Positions 15,303 through 23,681 of a DNA stretch of 61,938 nt are shown here, in pieces. The position numbers and the translations under genes were made by a program. The notes below the pieces were generated by a model, which made no database searches, was not told where the DNA came from, and worked only from the letters and a program-made list of their open reading frames with translations. The DNA comes from Minisyncoccota bacterium (GTDB taxonomy: Bacteria > Patescibacteriota > Minisyncoccia > Phycocordibacterales > UBA6065). The stretch covers positions 1-61,938 of the forward strand of contig DASWWW010000002.1 in the NCBI GenBank assembly GCA_036400935.1. The letters run 5' to 3'. Positions within the stretch are counted from its first letter, which is position 1; each line of letters begins with the position of its first letter.

Positions 15303-16193
15303 ATGGCACTTTCTACTGAAAAAATAAAAGAGATCGAGATAAAGGCGAACGACATCCGAGAGTCTATCATCGAGATGCTCGTCGCTGCAGGTTCCGGACA
15401 CACCGGCGGGCCCCTTGGCATGGCTGACGTCTTTGCCACCCTCTATTTCTACTCGCTCAATCACAAGCCTAAGAAGCCTGATTGGGAGGATCGCGACCGT
15501 GTGGTGCTCTCTAACGGCCATATCTGCCCGGTTCTCTATTCGACCATGGCTCATGCTGGCTATTTCCCAGTAGACGAGCTCAAGACCTTGCGAAAGTTTG
15601 GCTCGCGCCTGCAAGGACACCCTCATCGCGAGTATTTGCCTATGCTCGAGACATCCTCGGGACCTCTGGGCAGCGGCTTGTCGCAGGCTGTGGGCATGGC
15701 CTTGGCTGACCGCATGGATAACGGTAAGACGTCGTCAAAGCGCATCTACTGCCTCACGTCAGACGGCGAGCATGACGAAGGAAATACTTGGGAGGCAATC
15801 ATGCTTGCAGGCAAGGAGCGATTGCACAACCTCGTCTGCGTAGTTGATCGCAACAATATCCAGATCGATGGCAATACCGAGGATATCTTGCCGCTCGAGC
15901 CTTTTGTAAATAAGTATCTGACTTTCGGCTGGCATGTTATTGAGGTGGACGGGCACAATATCGCCGAGATTGCCGCCGCTTTTGAGGCAGCCAAGGGCAT
16001 TTTTGAGAAGCCGACCTGCATCATGGCTCACACTATTCCTGGAAAGGGCGTGAAGGAATTTGAATACGACTATAGGTGGCACGGCATTCCGCCGGGTTTT
16101 GGTCCTGAGGACAAGGTGCCGAAAGCGAAGCAGGCGGAGGTCGCGCTGGACCAGCTGCGCGCTACCGGAAGCAAGCTAGAGAGCGAAAAATAA
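15303..16193 (+). CDS. Transketolase, N-terminal (thiamine-diphosphate-binding) subunit
   Basis: GSGHTGGPLGMADVFATLYF, SNGHICPVLY, LTSDGEHDEGNTWEA. The ATG follows the previous stop codon immediately. Confidence 0.9.
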   Translation: MALSTEKIKEIEIKANDIRESIIEMLVAAGSGHTGGPLGMADVFATLYFYSLNHKPKKPDWEDRDRVVLSNGHICPVLYSTMAHAGYFPVDELKTLRKFGSRLQGHPHREYLPMLETSSGPLGSGLSQAVGMALADRMDNGKTSSKRIYCLTSDGEHDEGNTWEAIMLAGKERLHNLVCVVDRNNIQIDGNTEDILPLEPFVNKYLTFGWHVIEVDGHNIAEIAAAFEAAKGIFEKPTCIMAHTIPGKGVKEFEYDYRWHGIPPGFGPEDKVPKAKQAEVALDQLRATGSKLESEK

Positions 16194-16194
16194 T

Positions 16195-16446
16195 ATGGAA
16201 ACCAGAAAGAATATTTTGATAGAAATTTTCGGATGGTACGGCGCTGCCGGATTGATCGGCGCGTACGCTCTGTCGAGCTTCGGCATCCTCACTCCTGAGA
16301 ATATCTGGTATCAGGTTATAAATATCACGGCCGCTCTCGGCATCGTTACGGTCTCGTTCTACAAGAAGACGTATCAGCCCGGCGTGCTGAATATCATCTG
16401 GACGGTTATCGGCCTCGTCGCGCTTTTCAAAATTGTTGTAAAGTAA
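16195..16446 (+). CDS. Small 3-TM membrane protein (83 aa; possibly CBU_0592-like)
   Basis: Three hydrophobic helices. Starts 1 nt after the stop of the transketolase N-terminal gene. The family assignment is from memory of the pattern and is tentative. Confidence 0.6.
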   Translation: METRKNILIEIFGWYGAAGLIGAYALSSFGILTPENIWYQVINITAALGIVTVSFYKKTYQPGVLNIIWTVIGLVALFKIVVK

Positions 16447-16473
16447 TGGACTGGATGGGGGTCAAGGCATGTA

Positions 16474-16528
16474 TTTCCGTCACTCTGATTTTTGTTTAAA
16501 AATTAAACAAAAATCAGAGTGACGGAAA
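16474..16528. repeat. Perfect 26-bp-stem / 3-nt-loop palindrome (P1)
   Basis: tttccgtcactctgatttttgtttaa-aaa-ttaaacaaaaatcagagtgacggaaa. It ends 22 nt upstream of the HTH gene ATG. Confidence 0.9.
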
Positions 16529-16550
16529 AGAACTTAGCTCCTACCATTCT

Positions 16551-16853
16551 ATGTTTAAGAGATTAAATAAAGAGGAGATTTCAATCATAAAGGGTATTTT
16601 CGGCTTTTCTGAATCCGAAAGCAGGGTTTTCGCCGAAATCGTCGGCATGCCCAAAAGCCTCAGCGCTATCGCCCGTCACGCCAAGATTCCTCGTGGCTCA
16701 ATTCATTACATTGTTAAGAAATTCGAGAAAAGAGGCATTGCATCGGCGGCTCCTGACCTATCTGGAGGTAAAAACCTTAGATGGCGATCCGACATCCGGC
16801 TCATTGTTCGAAAACTTAATGCTATAATTCAGGGTAATAATTCAAGAAAATGA
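16551..16853 (+). CDS. Small winged-helix (TrmB/MarR-like) DNA-binding protein (100 aa)
   Basis: FGFSESESRVFAEIVGMPKSLSAIARHAKIPRGSIHYIVKKFEKRGI resembles the TrmB N-terminal wHTH. Its stop overlaps the start of the transketolase C-terminal gene (ATGA). Confidence 0.6.
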   Translation: MFKRLNKEEISIIKGIFGFSESESRVFAEIVGMPKSLSAIARHAKIPRGSIHYIVKKFEKRGIASAAPDLSGGKNLRWRSDIRLIVRKLNAIIQGNNSRK

Positions 16854-17848
16854 TCTCTCCTTCGCAAAAGCTCAATCCGAAGATCTTCGACAAGGACGTC
16901 GAGTGCGTGCCGATCCGAAAGGGCTTCGGTACCGGCCTTTTGGCTGCGGGGGAGAAGGACAAGAATGTCGTCGGCCTCTGCGCGGACCTCACCGAGTCTA
17001 CCCAGATGCACCTGTTCCGCGATAAGTTTCCGAACCGCTACGTGCAGGTTGGCGTCGCCGAGCAGAATCTCGCGACTGTGGCGTCGGGGATGGCTGCCAT
17101 GGGGAAGATCCCGTTCATCTCTTCGTATGCGATGTTTTCGCCTGGCCGAAATTGGGAGCAGATCCGTACGACTGTCGCGTACAACGACGTGCCGGTAAAG
17201 ATCGTCGGCTCGCATGCAGGAGTCTCTGTCGGCCCTGACGGCGGCACCCATCAGGCTATCGAGGACATCGCGCTGATGCGCGTGATCCCAAATATGGACG
17301 TCATCTCGCCCTGCGATTCTATCGAGGCGGAAAAGGCTACTATCGCGCTCGCGAAGACCGGGAAGCCGGCCTATATCCGCCTTATTCGCGAGAAAACGCC
17401 CGTTATAACGACGAAAGACACACCGTTTGAGATCGGAAAGGCTCGTACGTATTTCGAGCCTATAGCGGGCAAGCCGGAGGTCGCCATCATCGCGACGGGC
17501 GCGCTCGTCCATAACGCCCTCGTTGCCGCTCGTGAATTGGAGAAGGAAAAGATTGGCGTCATGGTGGTAAATCTTGCGACTATAAAGCCCCTCGACGAGG
17601 CCGCTGTTTTGGCCGCTGCAAAATCTGCTGGCGCAATCGTTACGGTTGAAGAGCATCAGGCTGCCGGAGGCATGGGGTCTGCCGTCGCTGAGTACCTGTC
17701 GAGCGTCTATCCGGTTTCCGTCACGCGCATGGGCATCAATGACAAGTTCGGCCAATCGGGAACTCCTGCGGAGCTTATCGAGCACTACGGATTAGGAGTT
17801 TCTCATATAAAGGAGGCGGTTAGGAAGGCGATTTCGAAAAAGAAGTAG
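16850..17848 (+). CDS. Transketolase, C-terminal (pyrimidine-binding plus C-terminal domain) subunit
   Basis: GFGTGLL..., VQVGVAEQNLATVASGMA, GGTHQAIEDIALMRVIPNM. Confidence 0.9.
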   Translation: MISPSQKLNPKIFDKDVECVPIRKGFGTGLLAAGEKDKNVVGLCADLTESTQMHLFRDKFPNRYVQVGVAEQNLATVASGMAAMGKIPFISSYAMFSPGRNWEQIRTTVAYNDVPVKIVGSHAGVSVGPDGGTHQAIEDIALMRVIPNMDVISPCDSIEAEKATIALAKTGKPAYIRLIREKTPVITTKDTPFEIGKARTYFEPIAGKPEVAIIATGALVHNALVAARELEKEKIGVMVVNLATIKPLDEAAVLAAAKSAGAIVTVEEHQAAGGMGSAVAEYLSSVYPVSVTRMGINDKFGQSGTPAELIEHYGLGVSHIKEAVRKAISKKK

Positions 17849-17877
17849 GGCGCGAATGTTCTTTTCCGGCCCCTCTG

Positions 17878-17904
17878 ATTTTGTAGTAAAAAATACTACA
17901 GAAT
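17878..17904. repeat. AT-centred hairpin (P3), related in sequence to P1
   Basis: attttgtagta-aaaaa-tactacagaat (11 bp including one G-U). The left flank ctctgattttgt matches P1. Confidence 0.6.
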
Positions 17905-17916
17905 AGCAATGCAAGA

Positions 17917-17942
17917 AAAAGAGATGCGCGCGCATCTCTTTT
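17917..17942. terminator. Bidirectional intrinsic terminator between the transketolase C-terminal gene (+) and recR (-)
   Basis: Perfect palindrome aaaagagatgcgc/gcgcatctctttt, with A- and T-tracts on either side. Confidence 0.7.
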
Positions 17943-17962
17943 GTGACTCCAATATCGCCTGC

Positions 17963-18595
17963 TTACAGAATCGTCTCCTGTTTGCGGCCCATCAGGGCGT
18001 TCTTAATAGTCTCGGCATCTGAGTATTCGAGCTCGGTTCCGGTAGAAAGGCCGCGGCCGAGGATGGTAACGCGGATATTGTGCGCCTTTACGAGCGGGGC
18101 GATGAGGGTCTCGACGTATTCGCGGGTATTTTCTCCCTCGGCATTCAGCGAGAGGGCGAGAATGATCTCCTTCAAGCCCTGCTTTGCGCGATGCTCGACG
18201 GCGAGCACAAGCTCCTGCGTCCGGATGCGCGACTCGGGCTCCTTTTCAATGAGAGAAAGCGTTGCGCCGAGTACAAAATAGTATCCGCGATACGAGCGGC
18301 TCTTCTCGACGACATCGAGGTCGACGTCCTTGGCGACGATCATAAGCGACTCATGGTCGCGGCTGTCGTCCGCGCACACGCCGCAATGCCTGCGATCCAG
18401 CCCCTTGCTGTCGAAATATCGGAAGCATGTGGCGCAGATCGAGACGCGCGATGCGAGCTCCGAGATCTCCTTGACCAAAGCGTCCCGGAAGCCGTCGGAA
18501 GTATTCAAAAGGAAATAGACAAAGCGCCTGGCCTGTCGCGGGCCGATGCCGGGGAACTGCTTGAAGAGGTCGTGGAGGCGGTTAAGGTGGTCCAT
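17963..18595 (-). CDS. recR: Recombination protein RecR
   Basis: FPGIGPRQARRFVYFLL helix-hairpin-helix, C4 zinc finger (CATC...CGVC), Toprim-like LMIVAKDVD. Confidence 0.9.
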   Translation of the reverse strand: MDHLNRLHDLFKQFPGIGPRQARRFVYFLLNTSDGFRDALVKEISELASRVSICATCFRYFDSKGLDRRHCGVCADDSRDHESLMIVAKDVDLDVVEKSRSYRGYYFVLGATLSLIEKEPESRIRTQELVLAVEHRAKQGLKEIILALSLNAEGENTREYVETLIAPLVKAHNIRVTILGRGLSTGTELEYSDAETIKNALMGRKQETIL

Positions 18596-18630
18596 GTGAT
18601 CCTATCTTATCAAAATTCTGCGCGGAGAGT

Positions 18631-20010
18631 TTAAAACCCGCCGGTCTCGTTTGGCTGGAAGGCGCCGAAGTCGGCCTTCTCGATAGGGAGGAACGTCGCC
18701 TTGTCCGCGTCGAAATGGAGCTGGATCTCTCCGGTAGGGCCGTTTCGGTGCTTTTCGATGAGGATCGTAGCGTCGTTCGATCGGGCCTGCTCGCCGGACT
18801 CGTCCTTCTCGCGATGGATGAACATAACCACGTCGGCGTCCTGCTCGATCGATCCCGAGTCTCGGAGGTCGGAGAGGCGAGGCTTGCCTCCGCGCTGCTC
18901 CACGGCTCGGGAAAGCTGCGAGAGGGCGATGACGGGCACTTCGAGGTCGCGCGCAAGGTTCTTCAGGGATCGCGAGATTTCGGTAACCTGCTGAACGACG
19001 TTGTCCTTTGCGGAATTCATAGGGGTCATCAGCTGGAGGTAGTCCACGATGACAAGGCCGAGGGACTTTTCGGATTTGAGGCGGCGGGCGATGGCGCGCA
19101 TCTTTAAGATGTTGTTTCCTGGCTGGTCGTCGATGAAAATAGGCGCTTTGGCGAGCTTTTCCATGGCGTCGCGGATGCGGGTAAAGTCCTGCTCGACGGA
19201 AAGTCCCTTACCGGTACGGAGCTTCCATGCGTCGACGCGCGATTCTGCGGCGAGCATACGGTCGACGAGCTGCTGGGAGCTCATTTCAAGCGAGAAGATG
19301 CCGACGGGGATCTTGTGATTGACGGCGGCCATGCGCGCGATGTCGAGGGCGAAGGATGTCTTTCCCATGGAAGGTCGGGCAGCGAGGATGATGAGGTCGG
19401 ATTTCTGGAAGCCGGATAGCTTGTTGTCGAGGGCTGCGAAGCCGGTCGGCACTCCGCGCAATTCGTCGCGGGTATTGTGGAGGCGGTCGATGCGGTCCCA
19501 TGCCTCGCCGAGGGTATCCTTGAGCTCGACGAACTTGTGCGAGCCGATGGCATTGGTCACGTCGAAGAGGCGCTTCTCGGCGGTGTCGATAATCTCTTCG
19601 AGCTCGCCCTCCTCGGCAAAGCCGGTGTGGGTGATGTGCTCGCCGGCCTCGATGAGCTTGCGCATCATGGCCTTCTTCTGGACGATGCCGGCGTAGTGGC
19701 GCGCGTTAGAGGCCGATGGTACCAGCTGGACTAGTTCGGACAGGTACGAAGCGCCGCCGACGCGGTCGAGCGAGCCGAGATCCTTCAATTTGGACGAGAG
19801 GGAGAGGAGGTCGATAGGGTTTCCCTTTGACGAGAGCTCCATCATGGCGTTCCAGATGACGCGGTGCTTGTCCGAGTAGAAGTCGTCCTCCTTTACGATG
19901 TCGTTCACATCGTGGATCGCTTCTGGTCGGAGGCAGACGGAACCCAGCAGGGCCTGCTCGGCCTCGAGTGACTGCGGAGGTATTCGGATATGGTCGCCTT
20001 TTCTTTGCAT
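18631..20010 (-). CDS. dnaB: Replicative DNA helicase DnaB
   Basis: PPQSLEAEQALLGS, Walker A ARPSMGKTSFAL, LVIVDYLQLM, ALSQLSR, DADVVMFIHR. Confidence 0.95.
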   Translation of the reverse strand: MQRKGDHIRIPPQSLEAEQALLGSVCLRPEAIHDVNDIVKEDDFYSDKHRVIWNAMMELSSKGNPIDLLSLSSKLKDLGSLDRVGGASYLSELVQLVPSASNARHYAGIVQKKAMMRKLIEAGEHITHTGFAEEGELEEIIDTAEKRLFDVTNAIGSHKFVELKDTLGEAWDRIDRLHNTRDELRGVPTGFAALDNKLSGFQKSDLIILAARPSMGKTSFALDIARMAAVNHKIPVGIFSLEMSSQQLVDRMLAAESRVDAWKLRTGKGLSVEQDFTRIRDAMEKLAKAPIFIDDQPGNNILKMRAIARRLKSEKSLGLVIVDYLQLMTPMNSAKDNVVQQVTEISRSLKNLARDLEVPVIALSQLSRAVEQRGGKPRLSDLRDSGSIEQDADVVMFIHREKDESGEQARSNDATILIEKHRNGPTGEIQLHFDADKATFLPIEKADFGAFQPNETGGF

Positions 20011-20016
20011 GGAGAC

Positions 20017-20022
20017 AGTATA
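20017..20022 (-). promoter_or_regulatory. -10 box TATACT 6 nt upstream of the dnaB ATG (leaderless-type geometry)
   Basis: The minus strand reads tatact-gtctcc-ATG, nearly identical to the scpB arrangement. Confidence 0.45.
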
Positions 20023-20122
20023 CCAACCGGTAAAGAAACCTTAAAGAAAAAATAAACGAAAAGTGAACGAAAAGGATGGATAAGCCGTGGACAAGTTGGG
20101 AATAGCGAAATTGCACAATAAA

Positions 20123-20154
20123 AAGAGTCCGCCGTATCGTTCTGGCGGACTCTT
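20123..20154. terminator. Intrinsic terminator downstream of cysS (bidirectional form)
   Basis: aagagtccgcc-N10-ggcggactctt, flanked by an A-run and a T-run. Confidence 0.65.
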
Positions 20155-20158
20155 CTTT

Positions 20159-21559
20159 TTATTTTTTAGTCAGCTTCTGGTCTTCGGTCGTATCTTTGAC
20201 GTCGTAGCCGAGCGATTCGATCTCGAGGCGGAGGTTATCGGACCTTTTCCAATCCTTGGCGGCGCGGGCGGCAATGCGCTCGTCGGCGAGCTTTTGAATT
20301 TCTGCGGGGATTGATGGAGCCGCTGTAGCTTTTGCGCTTTGTGGCTCTTCCTTTGCGAGGCCGAGCAGCGAATCGATCTTGAGTATCGTCGCTTTCTTGT
20401 TGGCAGGAGAAAGATTCGCGTCCTTGAGGATCTCCCACTGCAATGCGAGGACTTTTGGCGTGTCGAGATCGTCTCCGGCAGCGGCAAGGGCGCGATTCCA
20501 GTATCCGGAATCGGCCTTTCCGCCAAATGGAAGCTCGCATACGGCGTTGGTCAGGCGCTTGTAGGCGTTTTTAGCGGCATCCAATGCCTCGAATGAAAAT
20601 GACAGCGGGGTAGAGTAGCGGGCGCCAAGCAAGAAGTAGCGGTAATCCATCGGCGAGTAGCCTTTCTCGACGAGGGTCTTGAGAGTGATGTAATTTCCGG
20701 CGGATTTTGCCATTTTCGCCTCGCCTACATTCACGAAAGCGTTGTGAAGCCAGTATTTCGCGAAATCGTGGCCCGTAGCATGCTCCGACTGGGCGATCTC
20801 GTTGTTGTGGTGGATAGGAATGAGGTCGATGCCGCCCGTATGGATATCGAACGTCTCGCCCAAGTATTTCATAGACATGGCGGAGCACTCGATATGCCAG
20901 CCGGGGAAGCCTTTGCCCCACGGAGAATCCCATCCAAGGGAATCGTTGAACTTCCAAAGGGCGAAATCGCGAGGATTCTTCTTTTCCGAGTTCATGCCGA
21001 TGCGGGATTTCTCGTTCGCCATGTCCGGAACCTGTCCGAGCTTGCCGTAATCGTCTGTTTTCGAGGTGTCGAAGTAAATGCCGTCTTTTATCTTGTACGT
21101 GAGGCCCTTCCTTTCGAGCTTCTTTATCACGTCTATGTCCTCCGCGATATGCTCGCTTGCCTTGGGGAGCTTGTGGGGAAGCTGGATGTTGAGATCCTTC
21201 AAATCGCCGACGAATGCTGCGGTGTAGAAATCGGCGAGCTCTCGCATCGCCTCGAGGGTGAGGGGTTTGCCCTCGCGCTTGAGGGCGATCGTCATCTTGT
21301 CCTCGGCATTGTCGCTCTCGAGCAGGCCGACATCGGTCACGTTCATGACCTGCTTCACCTTGTAGCCGTGGCCCTCGAACATGCGCCGGGTGATATCGGC
21401 CAAAAAGAAAGCGCGCAGGTTGCCGATATGGATGTAGTTGTAGACGGTCGGCCCGCAGTGGTACATGCCGACCTTCGGAGTGCCGAAGATCGTCTTCTTG
21501 AGCGGCTTGAACTCCTCCTTCTTTCCGGACAGGGTGTTATGAAATTGGATCGGTGTCAT
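20159..21559 (-). CDS. cysS: Cysteinyl-tRNA synthetase
   Basis: HIGN (HIGH motif), KMAKSAGN (KMSKS motif), WHIEC. Confidence 0.95.
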   Translation of the reverse strand: MTPIQFHNTLSGKKEEFKPLKKTIFGTPKVGMYHCGPTVYNYIHIGNLRAFFLADITRRMFEGHGYKVKQVMNVTDVGLLESDNAEDKMTIALKREGKPLTLEAMRELADFYTAAFVGDLKDLNIQLPHKLPKASEHIAEDIDVIKKLERKGLTYKIKDGIYFDTSKTDDYGKLGQVPDMANEKSRIGMNSEKKNPRDFALWKFNDSLGWDSPWGKGFPGWHIECSAMSMKYLGETFDIHTGGIDLIPIHHNNEIAQSEHATGHDFAKYWLHNAFVNVGEAKMAKSAGNYITLKTLVEKGYSPMDYRYFLLGARYSTPLSFSFEALDAAKNAYKRLTNAVCELPFGGKADSGYWNRALAAAGDDLDTPKVLALQWEILKDANLSPANKKATILKIDSLLGLAKEEPQSAKATAAPSIPAEIQKLADERIAARAAKDWKRSDNLRLEIESLGYDVKDTTEDQKLTKK

Positions 21560-21566
21560 TGCGTCT

Positions 21567-21578
21567 TATGATATCATA
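21567..21578. promoter_or_regulatory. 12-bp perfect palindrome TATGATATCATA in the 26-bp divergent cysS/protease spacer
   Basis: It reads TATGAT on both strands, each 13 nt from the respective ATG (21559 and 21586). Confidence 0.4.
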
Positions 21579-21585
21579 TTGGCAT

Positions 21586-22848
21586 ATGTATCAATCCAAA
21601 CGCCTTTCGCTCGCTCTCATATTCGTCGCTGCGCTCGGCGTGGCATTCGTTTTCGGCTTTAGGTCGGGATCTGTCGGCGCTTCGCCTGACGCAAAGGTCG
21701 CGGGCTTGAGCAACATGACCGACGGCAAGCCTGACGACGTCGATTTCGCCGCCTTCTGGAAGGCGTGGAATATCTTGAACGAGCGGTACGCCGGCACGTC
21801 CACGAGCGACCAGGCAAAGGTCTATGGCGCGATCGAGGGATTGGCTTCCTCGCTCGGCGACCCGTATACGGTCTTTTTTCCGCCCGAGGAGTCAAAGATC
21901 TTCGCGTCTGAAATCGCCGGTGCCTTCGAAGGAGTCGGCATGGAGGTCGGCATCAAAGACGGCAAGCTCGTCGTCGTAGCCCCTATAAAGGATGCTCCGG
22001 CAGAAAAGGCGGGCGTTCGCGCGGGCGACTTTATCGTAAAGATTGACGATACCGACTCTCTCTATTTGCAGACCGATGAGGCGGTAAAGCTCATCCGCGG
22101 CAAGGCAGGAACGAAAGTGAAGCTCACTCTTTCTCGTGAGACGAGCAAGGCGCCTCTCGAGATCTTCATTACTCGAGCGACTATCGACCTTCCTACGGTA
22201 AAGACTTCGATCAAGGGCGACGCGGCGAGCGCGGGCGAGACATCCGGCGGCACCGGCCTGCGCAAAGACGGCATATTCGTCATCTCGCTTTATAGCTTTA
22301 GCGCGAACTCCGCGAATCTTTTCCGCGGCGCCTTGAAGGAGTTCATCGATTCGGGCTCGCATAAGCTCGTGCTCGACCTGCGCGGCAATCCGGGCGGATA
22401 CCTCGAGGCGTCCGTCGATATGGCAAGCTGGTTCTTGCCAAAGGACAAGGTTATCGTGAGCGAGGAGTTCGGAAAGGACCGCGATCCGCACGTCTATTAC
22501 AGCAAGGGCTACGATATCTTTACCGACCAGCTCAAGATGGTCATCCTCGTGGACGGAGGCAGCGCGTCGGCTTCGGAAATCCTCGCTGGCGCGCTGTCTG
22601 AAAACGGCGTGGCGAAGCTCGTCGGAACAAAGACCTTCGGCAAGGGCTCGGTCCAGCAGCTCGTCGACATCACCGAGGACACGTCGCTCAAGGTCACCAT
22701 CGCGAAGTGGCTTACCCCTAACGGCAACTCGATTTCAAAGCAGGGTATCGTCCCAGACTACGTCGTGCCGATTACCGAGGCCGATTTGGCGGCAAAGCGC
22801 GATCCGCAGATGGACAAGGCCGTGGAATTGCTCTCGAAGGAAAAATAG
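21586..22848 (+). CDS. Carboxy-terminal processing protease (peptidase S41) with PDZ domain
   Basis: N-terminal TM segment, PDZ (GVRAGDFIVKID), S41 core (LDLRGNPGGYL, GSASASEILAGAL, TFGKGSVQ). I preferred the ATG at 21586 over the listed GTG at 21553. Confidence 0.85.
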   Translation: MYQSKRLSLALIFVAALGVAFVFGFRSGSVGASPDAKVAGLSNMTDGKPDDVDFAAFWKAWNILNERYAGTSTSDQAKVYGAIEGLASSLGDPYTVFFPPEESKIFASEIAGAFEGVGMEVGIKDGKLVVVAPIKDAPAEKAGVRAGDFIVKIDDTDSLYLQTDEAVKLIRGKAGTKVKLTLSRETSKAPLEIFITRATIDLPTVKTSIKGDAASAGETSGGTGLRKDGIFVISLYSFSANSANLFRGALKEFIDSGSHKLVLDLRGNPGGYLEASVDMASWFLPKDKVIVSEEFGKDRDPHVYYSKGYDIFTDQLKMVILVDGGSASASEILAGALSENGVAKLVGTKTFGKGSVQQLVDITEDTSLKVTIAKWLTPNGNSISKQGIVPDYVVPITEADLAAKRDPQMDKAVELLSKEK

Positions 22849-22890
22849 GCTACTATCGACTAGCTAATAAACAGAATAACTTTAAACCAG

Positions 22891-23334
22891 ATGAAGATCG
22901 TAATGCTCAAAGACGTAAAGGGAGTAGGCAAGAAGCACGACGTAAAGGTTGTCGCTGACGGCTTCGCGCTCAACAGCCTTATCCCTCAGGGCAAGGCAGA
23001 GGTCGCTACCACAAAGGCTTTGGCCCGCGTAGAGGCAGTAAAGAAGACCGAGGAGGCGGAGAAGAAGGTCCATGCAGACCTCCTTGCCAAGAACCTCAAG
23101 TCTATCCACGACGCTACCGTAACCTATACGGCTGACGCGAACGAGAAGGGCCACCTTTTCGCAGGTCTCCACGCGGCGGACATCGCGCCTTTGATCAAGG
23201 AGCAGACCCGCATCGACGTCCTTCCTGAATTCATTCAGATCGAGAAGCCTATCAAGGAAATAGGCGATCACAGGATCGACATCAAGGTTCACGGCCAGAG
23301 CGCGACCTTCAATCTCGTCATCAAGGCGAAGTAA
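22891..23334 (+). CDS. rplI: Ribosomal protein L9
   Basis: [36 protein letters not shown]; 147 aa. Confidence 0.9.
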   Translation: MKIVMLKDVKGVGKKHDVKVVADGFALNSLIPQGKAEVATTKALARVEAVKKTEEAEKKVHADLLAKNLKSIHDATVTYTADANEKGHLFAGLHAADIAPLIKEQTRIDVLPEFIQIEKPIKEIGDHRIDIKVHGQSATFNLVIKAK

Positions 23335-23340
23335 GCCAGA

Positions 23341-23370
23341 AAGCCGGACCTTGCGGTCCGGCTTTTGCTT
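23341..23370 (+). terminator. Intrinsic terminator of rplI
   Basis: aagccggacc-ttgc-ggtccggctt (10 bp) followed by ttgctt. Confidence 0.75.
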
Positions 23371-23650
23371 GCAAACTGTCCGTGGCTTTGTAGACTGATA
23401 GGGATGATTCGTCCTTCTTCAGGTTCTGGCGGGGAACCCAATCCCGTTCCGCTGGCCCCAAGCGGCCTGGCGTGTCTGAGCGATGGCACTGATCCCGTGG
23501 ATGCGATTCGTGCGGCGGGAATCCGATTAAAAGGTGATCCGCCGGCAGGGGCACCAACTCCACCGCCAACCTTCGTATTCCATCCCGGCGCAGGCCATCA
23601 TCCTCGCGATTTTCGCAAATTCTGACGCGGGGATTTTTTATTGGGCAAGC
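23371..23650. ncRNA. Candidate structured RNA of unknown class (or a gene remnant) between convergent rplI and rpmA
   Basis: About 280 nt, GC-rich relative to other spacers, bracketed by two terminators. An 11-nt complementarity links the ends (23362-23372 with 23645-23655). The only ORFs are Pro/Gly/Arg-rich and unconvincing. Confidence 0.25.
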
Positions 23651-23681
23651 AAAAGGCCGCTCGATGAGCGGCCTTTTGATT
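23651..23681. terminator. Intrinsic terminator of rpmA (bidirectional form)
   Basis: aaaaggccgctc-gat-gagcggcctttt (12 bp). Confidence 0.75.

Noticed and set aside
16829-17785. A 318-aa ORF antisense to the C-terminal transketolase gene.
   Set aside because: It fully overlaps a confidently identified gene, and its Arg/Leu/Asp-rich product has no motif. It is an antisense artefact.
20040-20100. DnaA-box-like 9-mers upstream of dnaB (gatggataa and cgtggacaa), a possible origin.
   Set aside because: Each matches TGTGGATAA at only 7 of 9 positions. There are just two copies, no dnaA or dnaN is nearby, and no AT-rich unwinding element is evident.
23365-23625. An 86-aa plus-strand ORF and an 82-aa minus-strand ORF in the rplI/rpmA spacer.
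   Set aside because: Their composition is Pro/Gly/Arg-rich, neither has a ribosome-binding or promoter context, and they sit between two terminators. They are treated as non-coding (see the ncRNA candidate).
23341-23660. Assignment of the rplI/rpmA spacer to RNase P RNA, SRP RNA, tmRNA or 6S RNA. Short similarities were noticed: aactccacc, gccgggatg, ggcagggg and gaaagccggac.
   Set aside because: The universally conserved cores are absent on both strands: GAGGAAAGUCC and ACAGAA.CCGGCUUA for RNase P, the GGAA tetraloop with AGCAGC for SRP, and a tRNA-like 3' end with a tag ORF for tmRNA. The gaaagccggac match is simply one arm of the rplI terminator.
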